Below the pieces are notes generated by a model. The model was not told the DNA's origin. It saw only the letters and a program-made list of their open reading frames with translations, and did no database searches. Shown here one piece after another: positions 38,141-51,403 of a stretch of 64,000 nt of DNA. The DNA is from Octopus vulgaris (taxonomy: Eukaryota). Positions within the stretch are counted from its first letter, which is position 1; each line of letters starts with the position of its first letter. Both the position numbers and the translations under genes were made by a program. Location: assembly GCA_951406725.2 (NCBI GenBank), contig OX597828.1, forward strand, positions 71,114,001 through 71,178,000. The letters run 5' to 3'.

Positions 38141-41100
38141 CTGGAAAAAAAAATGAAAGACAAAAATGTTTAGAGAAATTCTTGCAATTCCAGATTTAAT
38201 TTTTCTTTTTGCACAGTTTTTGTTAGAAATAACACAGATACACACTTAGAGAAGAGAGCTGGACATTTAAGGGGAAGGGCAGTTGCAGTTGCTTGAGATT
38301 TTTTAAAAATTTGTAATTATTTTGTTAACCTTACAAGACTGAACAATTAAACAAGGGTAGGATTTGAACACAGGACTCCAGATCATTTCCTCAGTTGCTC
38401 TCGAGAAAGTCAACTCATGTTCTGTCAGTGATCCAAATATTTTTATGAAGTTTTTCATATCCATTCTAGTTGACACTATCTTCTATTCTTTACTTGATTC
38501 AGTCATTAGATCAAGGCCATGCTGGGGCACCACCTTAAAGAATTTTTGATTGAATATATTGACCCCTGCACTTTTTTTAAGCCTGGTAATTATTCTATCA
38601 GTCTCTTTGCCAAACCACTAAGTTACAGGGATGTAAACACACCAACACCAATTGTCAAGTAGTGGTGGGAGACACACACACAAAAGGCTTCTTTCAGTTT
38701 CCATCTACCAAATCCACTCACAAGGCTTTAGTCAGCCTGAGGCTATAGTAGAAGACACTTGCCAAAGGTGCCACACAGTGGGACTGAACCCGGAACCATG
38801 TGGTTGGGAAGCAAGCTTTTTATCACACAACTATGCCTGCACTTATCAAGATGTTTTCTTATCTCACTTCAACACACAAACATATATTACTATATTCTCT
38901 GAGTCAGCACCAAATCTTTTGCCTTCATTTTACTGATATATCCATTGTATGGGGCCAATTACCAGTGAAGTAAGCAAGATGATATACTGACAGTTTATCC
39001 AAGAACGTATCTGTGTCATAGCATGAAACCAGAGCCAGGCAACAAATGCTGGGGATGCCTCAAAGATTAGGAAAAAAGTTTGCTACAGAACAAATTAAAC
39101 CTCAGCTTCAAGTGATTTCAAAGTGCCCCACCTGCCTCCATTGTTGTTGTCAAATAAGTAGGACCGGGGTTGTGCAGTGTCTGGTTTAGGGCACAGCACA
39201 GTTCTAGTGTCCAGACATGAACTCTCAATGCATCAACAGAAAATCTTACACATTATTTACTTTATCATGAAAAAGAGTGTGCATGGCCTAGCGTTTAGGG
39301 TGTTCAGCTGGCAATAATAAGGCTGTGAATTCAATTCCTGGGCCAGGCCGCACATTGTCTCCTTGAGCAAGATGCTTCATTTCACATTGCTTGGTTGTAA
39401 ATGAGTACACTAACCAAGTCCTGACACAGCTCTTTCTGTCTGTCTCTCTCTCTCTCCCACAAACTGTCACTAGATGTGCCACTGGGTCATGGGTGGCTGG
39501 ACTAACAGGGGTGCCTATATTTGCTCACAACTACACAGACCCCAAAAACAATCGGCCAATCATGGTACGTGTTATAAAGCAGTATTTGGCTCATAAGTGA
39601 CAGCCAGCTGTACTTCACCATTAACATCAGCAATGCACAGAACTATTTCTGAATAATTCGCACCAATCCCGCCATGGCATTCAAACCGGCCACATCCAGC
39701 CCAGATATTCTATATGTTTTATGTTCAAACTGACCAGGTCAACCCTCTCACACCTACTCTATAAAGTCAGTCTAAAAATAAACAACCACATTGTTGAAAT
39801 TTCAAAGCTACAAGATAATACAAGATGGAGGTGTCTCAAGAAACTGTAAATTCAAAGTGATGTGAATAAATAAGTGTTGAATTTGACAGAGTAACCCAAA
39901 TGCTAAAGGATTAAATACAGGGTATTACAGTGAGCCCCTGCTGTGACAAACCAATACCCCGGCACTCTGGTCAGTGTCCTAGAAGCAGTGCTCTCTGTGG
40001 GGTCATTCCAAAAAGCTCTATCTGCGACGATTTCATCTCAATCAAAGGAGAGGGGCTTTCTCTGTCCGGGTTGCGGATCCGTGGAATAAGCTGCCAGACG
40101 AGATGGTGAAGATGCTGATGACCGCTCGGTTCAAAGTCTCCCTTTGAACTCAAGTGGCCTGAACTCTTTACATGAACACCACCCTGTACATAACTCCATG
40201 TCCCCCTACATGGCCTTGCTTTTTGCTTTTTGAGCCAAAAAATTAACTAACTAACTATTATGTTAATAATAAAATGGACAACAGCATAATGTTAAGACAA
40301 TTTTAATTAATTAAACTTACAACCACATAGTAGTCAGTACTCCTCACCAAACTGCTATACTGATCAACAACTGACTATCAGAGACAACAAGGCCCTGTAG
40401 TACGTGGTCGATAAGGTTGCAAGAAATAGTAAACGAAACCTCTCTCAAACCGTCCTCTGTTATCTTTAAAAAGAAAAAAAATGGACATTTTGAATAATGT
40501 ATATTTAAAAAGCCCTGCTGGAAGAGGGCTGACTTGGGTTAAACAACATGGCCTCATCTATCAGTTTACCTGTAAACCAATGTGACTATCGTAACCTAAA
40601 TCTATGAACAAACATTTTTTGGTGCATGAAATTGAAAAAAACTGAAAAGGTATAAATTCAAGTCTGGCTTGGTTAGTGTAAAGCTCTCTTGTATCACCCC
40701 ATGCTGTCTCGAGACAGGAAGACTTCAGTGAATAAAGTCATAACCATCATTTTACATTCATTTTCCATGCTGGCATGGGTTAGGAGGGTCATCACAGTTT
40801 GAATTCTTACCCAAAGTTTATTGTCTTCCTGAGCAGGTCAGGGGACCATAGCTTGCTTGTATGTTTCCCCCTTTTGGCTTCATTCCTACAATGCCCTTCC
40901 TGACATCAACCATTTTACTGATTATTTTTGGTATATTTTTCTGTGGCATCAAATGTAGTTTAAGGTTTAATAATAAAAGAAAAAAAAATGTGTTGGTCAT
41001 GGCCGGAACACCTTTGATCATGCAACTGGTCAATCAGGGCTGACCAATGGCTAAACAGCAACATCATAGACCAGGAGTAGTGCAGGAATACTTTCCGATG

Positions 41101-44100
41101 CTGCTGTGTACTGCATTCTCCAACACATTTCAGACAATACATGATGGTGATGCTGATGATGATGATGATGATGACGTCGATGATGAAGTAATTGTTTTCA
41201 AATTTATGTTTCCCTGGTGTTAAAAATAGAGACACACCTACATAGACTCTGTAGTTAGTTAATTAGGCAGGTATTTGGGGTGAGGGGAGGGAGAATGGTA
41301 GAATTCAGTGATAGGAACTGCTTAGAGAGAAGAAGAAAAAGAAACTGAACTACTGTACACAAACAGAAGCTGTTCGTTCTTATTGATGGAACATAAAAGC
41401 AGAATGAGACTAACTCCAACAGAGACATTGTATGGCTTTGGGTATTTCCCTCGTTAATGAAGACAATCATTAATTACACGCAGACATTACGGTAACAACA
41501 ACAACAACAGCAGCAGTAATATCGACTACAGGAACAATAGTAACAAGAAGAACAGTAATTGTAGTAAGACTAACAACAACAGGAACAATAACAACATCAT
41601 AAGAAACAAGCGTATCGTCAGCAGCAGCAAAAATTGGAAGCAGAATCGTTATCAACAACAACAAAGAAAACAAGAGAAGCAACGTATAAAACAGCAGCAA
41701 AAACAACAACAACAACGAGGTGAAGCTGCAATAAATTATTTTCAGTAATCAATTTGTTCTTTTAATGGGCTATTTAGAGAATAAATAGTAAATAATTGAG
41801 TCATCATCATCATCATCATTATCATTTAACATCCCTGTTCCATGCTGGCATGGGTTGGATGAGTCAACAGGATGAACTGGAGGCCTGCATTGAGTTCCAA
41901 AGTCTGCTTTGGCAATGGTTTCTATGGTTAGATGTCCTTAACAGCAACCCCTTTACAGAGAGTGTAGGGGGATTTATTCATAGCACCAGCACTAGTGAGG
42001 TCATCATGAAATTTGCAAGGCTTAAAAGCCCCCTCGACTGAAGTATGGTAGGGAACAAAAATGGAGAGGAGGTACATAGCTACCCATTTTATGTTCAGAT
42101 CAGCCAGATCTGGCACCTTACACCTATCCTAAAATGTCATTCTGAAAATATACAGTTTCATCACTGAAATCTTGAAGCTTCAAGATAATGAATGATTAAT
42201 TCGAAACAATGTAAATAAATACGGATCACATTTGACCGGGTAATCCAAACGCTGAAGGGTGGCAAGTTGGCAGAATCCTTAATATGTCAGACAAAACGCT
42301 TAGCAAAATGCAATTGTTTATTTGCAGAATGACATTACAGGGTAGGTGTGAAAGGTCAAATCTAGTTGCTTTGAACATAAAATGAGTAGTTATTCCCACC
42401 AACTTTTATACAGTTTAGGGTAGCTATGTACCTCCTCTGCATCAAGGAATGCCCTGAGGTCAACATTTGCCTTTTATTGTTTTGGGGTCCATAAAATAAG
42501 GGCCAATTGAACACTGGGATCAGTATAATCAAGTAATCCCTCCCACTACAATGGCTGAGCTGGTGCCAAAATTTGAAACAATCATTAAAGCTGGTATCTG
42601 GAACATCATTTAACATCCGCTTTCCATGCTAGCATGGGTCGGACGGCTTGACTGAGGGCTGGCGAACCAGATGGCTGCACCAGGCTCCAATCTGATCTGG
42701 CAAAGTTTCTACAGCTGGATGCCCTTCCTAATGCCAACCACTCCAAGAGTGTAGTGGCTGCTTTTTACGTGTCAGTCAAGTGGTACTGGCATTGACCACG
42801 TTTGAATGGTGTTTTTACATGCCACTGGCATGGGAGCCACTCAGTCAGCACTGGCAATGACCACACTTGAACGGTGCTTTTTACATGCCACCGTAAACGG
42901 TGCCAGTCAGGTGGTACTGTCATTAGCCACGACAATGACTTCACTTGACTCAACAGGTTTTCACAAGCGCAGGTTATTGCCCAATGATTGAAGGGTACTC
43001 TTAAATGGGTCAATTATGCTGCACTGACATGGGCCACTAAAGGAATATGGAATTTTGATGTGAGGCCCTAATTTAGGTCACTTGAAAACAAGGTGTTTGC
43101 ATCATAGTGCCAGAGACAGTCTCAAGCAGGTTGGCATCAAAGAATAAAAGACTTGTTGAAACAAGTTCATATTGAACAGCTGACATAACTCGGTGTCAAG
43201 TTCCAAGTTTATTTTTTCCCTTTTGATGCCTCAGTCGAAGTAGCAGAGGTTGGCGGGGGGTGGGGTAGTTGAAAGATGAGAGAAATGAATATGAAAGTAC
43301 GGGAGAACCTGGCTTGCCAGAAAGAGATTGGAACGGTGAGGGAGGGGGGGACATACGTGGGAGTAGAAGAGAGAAGGATCAAAACAAAATGTAATAAAAG
43401 AGAAGGTTTCAAAGTCAAATTTGTAAATTACTATCTGATACTGAAAATAAACATTTCTGATTTGTGTGCACCGACATATATACAAGCATATATATATATA
43501 TATATACAGAGAGAGAGAGAGAGAGAAATAGAAAAGGAGGTGCATGTGTATGTGTGTACACACACACACACATATATATATACATACGCATACACATATG
43601 CACATACATATATACACACAAGCATATATACACATACATATACAAACACACATATACAAACACATATACATATACACACACACACACATATATACACACA
43701 CACATATGCACACACACACACATTTGGTAAAGAAACCTATCTAAACGTCTGGCAGCCAAATACTATGGTTTGGGCTTTAGGGAATAGCTAAAGGTTATAC
43801 AGTTCTTCAAGAGACCAGTTTACACCAGCAAACAAATTCAAACATGATACACATATAGGCACAGGCATTGCTGTGTGATAAGAAGCTTGCATCCCAACCA
43901 CATGGTTCTGGGTTCAGTCCTGCTGCATGGCACCTTGACAAGAGTTTTCTGCTATAGTCTTGGGGTGACCAAAGCCTTGTGAGTGGATTAGGTAGATGGA
44001 AATTGAAAGAAGCCTGTCACGTGTGTGGGGGTTTGTCCCCCATCACTACCGCTTGACAACCAGTCTTGGTGTTATTACATCCCTGTCACTTAGGGGTTTG

Positions 44101-44458
44101 ACAAAAGTGACCAACAAAATAAGTATCAGGCTTGAAAAAAATAAGTCCTGGGATTGATTCATTTGACAAAAAATTCTTCAAGGCAGTGCCCCAGTATGGC
44201 CACAGTCTAATGACTGACAAATAAAAGATAAAAGTTATATATATATGTGACAGACAAACTCAAATATGAGCACAGACACACTCACATGTGACAGGTTTCA
44301 GTACAGTTTCTGTCAACTAAATTCCACTCACAAGGCGTCGGTTACCCCAAGTGGAAACTGCTGTGCTGTGAGATCAAACCCAAGACACAGCTACACGTGA
44401 TAAATGTACAAAAGAAGAGTCTACCAATTGGAGACAGTATATAAAAGAGTCGACTCAC

Positions 44459-44519
44459 CAATGAGCCACATGAAATAGTCATAGGTAGAGTCAGTGTCTT
44501 CTGTGTCCTCCTGAGGTTT
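44459..44519 (-). CDS. SLC35B4: SLC35B4 exon (KPQEDTEDTDSTYDYFMWLI)
   Basis: Acceptor attttcAG, donor GTGAGT; 61 nt, phases 0/1 bridge the neighbouring exons; corresponds to the variable loop ending W-L-I-G. Confidence 0.9.
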
Positions 44520-45832
44520 CTGAAAATAAGAAAAGAGACATTAGAGACAGTGAGATCTAAAATACCTAATTCAGTGACCAGTCATCATTGTCATAGCAAC
44601 CAGGTGACAATGAGAGGTCATCTACCAAGTATGTAAGAGACATCATGTACCAGTTATCAATGATATTCTATCTACCAGGTGAGTGTTGGACACCCTCTGG
44701 CAGGTGAGCGTGGGATGTCCTCTAGCAGGCAAGCACAGGCCCCCTCTGGCAGGCAAGCATGGGACACCCTCCAGCAGGTGGGCATGAACATCCTCTACCA
44801 GGTAAGTATGAAACACTATCTACTTGATGAGTATAGGATGTTGTGTACAAGGTGGGTGTGGAATATCATCTTCCAAGTAGTTAACATTTTTGCATGAATT
44901 TAAAGGATGAGAAATATTCAAATGATACAATTACAGGTCACCCAACTCTGGCAGTAGACCAACCCTGCTACAGTTATTGGTTGGCCATACTACAACCAGG
45001 TTACCCAGGCTGAACACGACAACCTGGCTACAGTCCTTTCTCTCACACTGTCTTTTGACATTTTCTCTTCAGCATTCCCATCACTCTACTGGTTAAAGCC
45101 ATCTAATCTGATAAGATTAGTCACATTGCACCACTGAAAACTGGGTCTTTGAATTCGTAAGTGCCACATAATTCACAATAACTGCTATTAATTCTGTCCC
45201 CTAACAGGTTAAATTCTTTGGCACCCAAACCTGAATGAGGAAAACATCAGACCGTGGTCAGTGGAGAGAACATTCCAAGGCCTTCGTCCAATAGTGGACT
45301 GAGTATGTGTATGTATGTATGTACACTCTACAAAAAAAGGTAAAGGTAAAATTACCTTCTTGAGCCATGCCAGATTCATAAGGGCCAGTTTCCTGGTTTC
45401 CATGGCGTATATATTCCCCACCTGGATGGGACACCAGTCCCTTGCAGGGTTACTCCTTTTTGTCAGCTGAGTGGACTGGAGTAACGTGAAAATGAAGTGT
45501 CTTGCTCAAGAACATAATACGTTGCCCAGTCCAGGAATAGAAACCACAATCTTACGATCATGAGTCCAACACCCTCACCACTAAGCCATGCACCTCCAAT
45601 ATATACACTCTCCAGCACTTCAGGCAATAAAAAAAAAAACTAGTTCATATTTAACTGTTGTTTAGCCTCGTTAAAAGAAAATGTAAGGCAGATCATTAAA
45701 AAAACATTGAGAGGAGGAGATGTCAACTGTTTTAAGCAAGAAATGAGAGAAAAAGAGATGTTTTTTGGAAGCTGGTAGAGTCCGAGGAAGGAGGATGAGT
45801 GAAGGTAACAGGAGTGAAGATGAGAAACTTAC

Positions 45833-45914
45833 CAGATGTTTTGAAGATGCTATTGTACAAAGTACAATTCCAACACTGATCATAAAAACTGCCAAATATT
45901 TACTCATTTTATAT
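45833..45914 (-). CDS. SLC35B4: SLC35B4 exon (YKMSKYLAVFMISVGIVLCTIASSKHL)
   Basis: Acceptor tatttcAG, donor GTAAGT; 82 nt, phases 2/0. Confidence 0.93.
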
Positions 45915-47060
45915 CTGAAATAAAGATATAGAAATATTACTGAATAAGATTGATTGGCTATGCTCATTACTGTAATAAATAATTAACTACAACACTGACC
46001 ATAAATGTAACGATGTATTTTTACTTGTTTTACTACATCAGAAGTCGAAATACTTAAATATTACTGCATTAGATTTATCTGTTGCATACGTGGCACATGA
46101 ATGGTTGTGTGGTTAAGAAGTTTGCTTCCCAAGGATAAGGTTTCAGGTTCAGTCCCACAGCATGGTTCCTTGCACAAGTGTCTTCTACTATAGCCTCAAA
46201 CCAACCAAAGATTTGTGAGTCAATTTGTGTGTGTGTGTGTGTGTGCACGCATGAAGGTACAGGGCCTAGTAGTTAGGTTGTTGCATTCACAAACGTTAGA
46301 CCGTGGGTTCAATTCTCAGATCAGGCAGTGCATTGTGTTCTCGAGCAAAACCCCTCATTTCATGTTTCTATGTTGGTGGAAGAGCAGCAGAATCGTTGGC
46401 ATGTCAGTAGAAACGCTTTACAGTATATCTTCCAGTTCTCTGCATTCTGATTTCAAATCCCACCTGACACCAGACAGGCAATGGGGAACCATTCCAGTAT
46501 TCATGCCAGGTCTAGTCATGGCAGCCAAAGTTCTAGTAATCTACTTAATGGCAGCAGGAGAGGTTATGGGCCCTCCTAGGTCGTATAGCGAGTGCTGGAG
46601 AAGGTTTACATACACAGGACATGCCCAAGGGCAGACCACCACAAGACTAGACAAATCATCATTTAGCATCTTGGCCTAGGTCGGACCGTTTGGTAGGATT
46701 TGACAGGTGCTGAGAAGCAAAAGTATGATAGAGGGATAAGCACAGTTGTCTTGCTGCAGAGGTGATACAGGACTTTTTCTCTGTAAAATATATATATATA
46801 TATATATATGAGAGTATTGTAGTTCGCTTGAAGCATTGTTTATTGTTTTTTACTCTTTTATCTGTTTCAGTCATTTGACTGCAGCCATGCTGGAGCACCG
46901 CCTTTAGTCAAGCAAATCGACCCCAGGACTTATTCTTTGTGAGCCTAGTACTTATTCTATTGGTCTCTTTTGCCAAACCGCTAAGTTACGAGGACGTAAA
47001 CACACCAGCATCGGATGTCAAGCGATGTTGGGGACACACACATATACACACTCATGCATA

Positions 47061-47124
<64 letters not shown>

Positions 47125-47298
47125 TACAACAGGCGTCTTTCAGTTTCCATCTACCAAATCCACTCATAAGGCTTTGGTTGGCTCGAGGGTGATAGTAGAA
47201 GACACTTGCCCAAGGTGCCACACAGTGGAACTGAACCCAGAGCATGTGGTTGGTAAACAAACTACTTACCACACAGCCACTCCTAAAGGATAAAATAG

Positions 47299-47509
47299 TT
47301 TGAATGACACAACAATGCACTATAATAACAACAATGGACCATAACAACTGTTGTAATTTAATCATCCTTAGTCTGATGTGATATTTTGGAATATAAAATT
47401 CCTTCTTCAGATATCCCTAGGGAATATCATATCAGACTAGGGATGATTAAATTACAACAGTTATTATAGTGCATTGTTGTTATCATAGTGCATTGTTGTG
47501 CCTTTCAAA
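47299..47509 (-). mobile_element. Fold-back element with an unrelated hammerhead motif (family B) at 47375-47415
   Basis: Inverted arms ~47299-47385 and ~47423-47509. Minus strand reads GATAT-CTGAAGA-A-GGAAT-tttat-ATTCC-(A)AAA-TA-TC-ACATC; the other arm carries the perfectly pairing ATATC. Confidence 0.7.
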
Positions 47510-48615
47510 ACACCTTCCATGTTCTTTATACATACATATATGTGCGTGTATATTATATATATATCATATATATATATATCATCATCATCATCGTTTAACG
47601 TCCGTTCTCCATGCTAGCATGGGTTGGACGGTTCGACCAGGGATCTGGGAAGCCAGAAGGCTGCACCAGGCTCCGGTCTTATCTGGCAAATGTTTCTACA
47701 GCTGGATGCCCTTCCTAACGCCAACCACTCCGTGAGTGTAGTGGGCAGCGCATTGTGTTCTTGAGCAAAACCCTTCAAAACTTCACTCCACCCAGCTGTA
47801 AATGGGTCACTCTGCAACAGAATAGCCTTCAGATCAGGGAGGAATGTTGGCCTGCCCACCTAGCCAGCAGAGTGGCATCATTTGGAAGCTAAAACAATGT
47901 AAAGCGCATTGTGACCAGTGATGTATAACATCTGATAGTTGGATTGATCATGTGATATATATATATATATATATAAATACTCACACATACACAAACACAC
48001 ATATCCATATATATATATATGTGTGTGTGCATTAAGGCACATGGCTCAGTGGTTAGCGTGTCAACCTTATGATCATGAGATTGTGAGTTTGATTCCTGGA
48101 CCAGGCTGTGTTGTGTTCTTGAGCTTGCTCATTCCAGTTCACTCAGCTGTAGAAATGACTTGTGACGTCACTGGTGCCAAGCTGTATCGGCCCCTTTGCC
48201 TTTCCCTTGGATAACACCAGTGGCATGGAGAGGAGAGGCTGGTATGCATGGACCATTGCTGATCTTCCATAAAAACAACCCTAGACTGTGCGCTTGCCGG
48301 TGAGGTGACTTTCTGCCCAGATTTGTACCCCGGAGGGGAACCTCTTTGGTGCACCCATAGTCATTCCTGACCAACAGAGTCGAGTGTGTGTGTGTGTGTG
48401 TTAAAATAAAATGCTTGATAGACAGAGTTTAGACATTGACGTACACCCTAAAAGGGTTAGTCCATATCATAAGAAAGTCGGTCTATGCTCCAGTAATCTC
48501 TTCTTCTGTGCAGTCTAAAACAGTCTGAGAGCTGAAGACTGATAACAGGGGGAGGTTTAAGAGTGGACAATACAAGGACAGAAGGCCAAGAATGGTCACA
48601 AATATATTGACTTAC

Positions 48616-48665
48616 CTTTTCTTTAGAAGAATTACACAAAGAATTAAATTAGCCATCAAGGAACC
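48616..48665 (-). CDS. SLC35B4: SLC35B4 exon (GSLMANLILCVILLKK-R)
   Basis: Acceptor ttccaacAG, donor GTAAGT; 50 nt; resembles recalled human GSLIANMILGIIILKKR. Confidence 0.93.
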
Positions 48666-49724
48666 CTGTTGGAAGAACAAGAGGAATATGTTAGTTGACA
48701 CAGGTTTATCTGTTTCGATACAACTAAACAACCACTTTTAATACTAATGTAGTCCTAGATATACTATGTATTACTGCAAAGTGGGACAGTCATGGTTGGA
48801 ACATCTTTGATCACAGGAGTCACCTAGGGTTAAACAACAACAGCAGCCACTAATACTGGCCAGCAATTCTGGGAGAGGGAGCATGTCGATTACATCAACT
48901 CCAGTATTCAACTGGTACTTATTTTTTATCGAACCCCAAAAGGATAAAAGGTAAAACTGGCTCCAATGGAATTTGAACTTAGAATGTAAAGATGGATAAA
49001 ATGTCGCTAAGCCTTTTGCCCAGCACCATAAGGATTCTATCAGCTTGCTGCCTAACTCTATTCTTTTACTGCAGCCATGCTGGAGCACCACTCTTAGTTG
49101 AGCAGATCAACCCCATGATTTATTATTTGTAAGCCTAGTACTTATCCTCGTGGTCTCTTTTGCCGAACCACTAAGTTATGGGGATGTAAACACACCAGCA
49201 TCAGTTGTCAAGCGATAGTGGGGGGGGACAAACATATACACACACACACATATATATGCACGATGGGCTTCTTTCAATCTCCATCTACCAAATCCACTCA
49301 CAAAGCTTTTGTCAGCTTGAGGTTATAGCCGAAGACACTTGCCAAGGTGCCACGCAGTGGGACTGAACCTGGAACCATGTGGTTGGGAAGCAAGTTTCTT
49401 ACCACACAGCCCCTCCTGCACCTATATACTATGATCTCTAATATTAACTACTGTTCTTAAAGGTGGTGAACTGGCAGAATGCTGAGCAGAATTTAATCTG
49501 TCTGCATGTTCAGGGTTCAAATTCTGCTGAGGTCAACCTTGCCTTTCATTCTTTCGTGAGTTGATAAACTAAGAACCAGTTGAACACTGGGGTCGGTGTA
49601 ATTGACTAGCACCCTCCCCCAAAATTCCTGGCCTTGTGCCAAAATTTGAAACCAGTATTAATTACTATTCTGTACATTTGATAATGTAGTCCTAGATACA
49701 CAGTGTTTTAATTTTAAAAAATGC

Positions 49725-49895
49725 TTCTATATTTAAGAGATGAGGAATTATGTATATTCTTCACATTTGACAGATATTTGTCCTCATCTTGTTTGTTGTT
49801 AACACAACGTTTTAGTTGATGTACCTTCCAGCCTTTATCAGGTGTCTTCAGGAAATTTCAAACCTGGGTTCTCATTCCTAAGGTATTTTTCGATG
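49725..49895 (-). mobile_element. Third, 5'-truncated copy of the family A element, with a degenerate hammerhead at 49802-49845
   Basis: Co-linear with 33257-33418 (ttctatatttaagagatgaggaatt...gttctcattcctaaggtatttttcgat); lacks the tRNA-like head. Confidence 0.85.
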
Positions 49896-49926
49896 TTGTT
49901 GTTGTTATTATCATTGTGGTGGTGGT

Positions 49927-49993
49927 GAAGAAGAAGAAGAAGAAGAAGAAGAAGAAGAAGAAGAAGAAGAAGAAGGAGAAGAAGAAGGAGAAG
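49927..49993. repeat. (GAA)n trinucleotide tract
   Basis: Direct inspection. Confidence 0.95.
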
Positions 49994-50435
49994 GGTAGTT
50001 GGCTGTGAAAATTTTGCCTCAACACTTCATACACACCTACACACACGCACACGTTTATATACATATGCAAATTACACACACATATATATTTACGGACATA
50101 TTTATTACACACAAAGATGTATATATTATACATACAACAAATGCACACATCAATCTTCACATAAAGCATATATATACACACACAGATCTACATACACACA
50201 GCTACAATCAGCAACACACACACACACACATTTCATATATACATATTCATTCCATGTTTGTAAGCATTGAAAGCTGTGTGCAACAACATAGTTGCAGATG
50301 CACATTTGAATGGGGTCATATCAGACTGCAGTTGGAAAGGGGCACCAGCTGATTTGTATGTGGATGTATATAAATACTATACACATATGTAAATGCTTGT
50401 GTGAGTATACGCATATAGTAGTTAGTGCATGCATG

Positions 50436-50470
<35 letters not shown>

Positions 50471-51366
50471 ATGTAGCACAGAGAAAGAATGAGAGGGACA
50501 AAGAGGGAGACAGTCAGACAGGCATACAGGGAAAGAGGGAGGGAAGGAGGGAGACGTTTGTAGTCAGCTTAACAAACCCGCCACTCCACTTACCCTGGGG
50601 TATCACAGCTATGAGTCAGTTTGTGTGGGTGAGAGGTGGCAGAGAAAAAAATTAGAAAAAAACGAGTAAGTGAATGTGAGTCCTTTCACTGGGGTCTTCA
50701 CATCGACCCCGCCCCACCTCCCACTGCACCTAATCCCCTAATCGGGTTCAACCCCTCCATTCCTTGCAGCTGTTATTAAAGACATCTAAATATTTTCCAT
50801 GGACATAATTTATATCACATCGGTAATAATGACAAGAGGTTGCGTAAAATTCCCTTTTGTAGGGTGTTAGCTGTGGAAAGGCTACTACTACCATATAACT
50901 ACTACTGCTACTACTACTACTACTACTACTGCTGCTACTACTACTACTATTATTATTACTACTACTATGTTAACCCTATCATTAGAGCTGGTATTTCTTC
51001 TGGCCCTTTATGTTCTGAGTTCAAATCTTGCCACCGAGGTCAACTTTCCCTTTCATCTTCCATCGCGGGGTTCATAAAATGAAATACCACTGAAGCAGTG
51101 GGGTCGATGTAATTGACTAACTCCTTCCTTTGAGAAATTGCTGGCATTGAACCTTAATTAAAAACAATTACTGCCATGACTGTAACTATTATAACTACAG
51201 GCCACAGATGCTCAGAGCACCGAATAACAGCAGCTGTTGCAACTGCTATGACTTACGACTGTTAACCCTATCACTACTACATCTACTTCTACTACTACAA
51301 CTATTAAAACTGAAAACCCCCAGATGTTAGTAGCACTGAATAATAGCTGCTACTGCTGCTGCTACC

Positions 51367-51403
<37 letters not shown>

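Noticed and set aside
40321-40370. 50-nt CAG...GTAAGT-bounded block in an SLC35B4 intron (possible poison exon)
   Set aside because: Weak pyrimidine tract, not frame-preserving, no homology; unsupported without RNA data.
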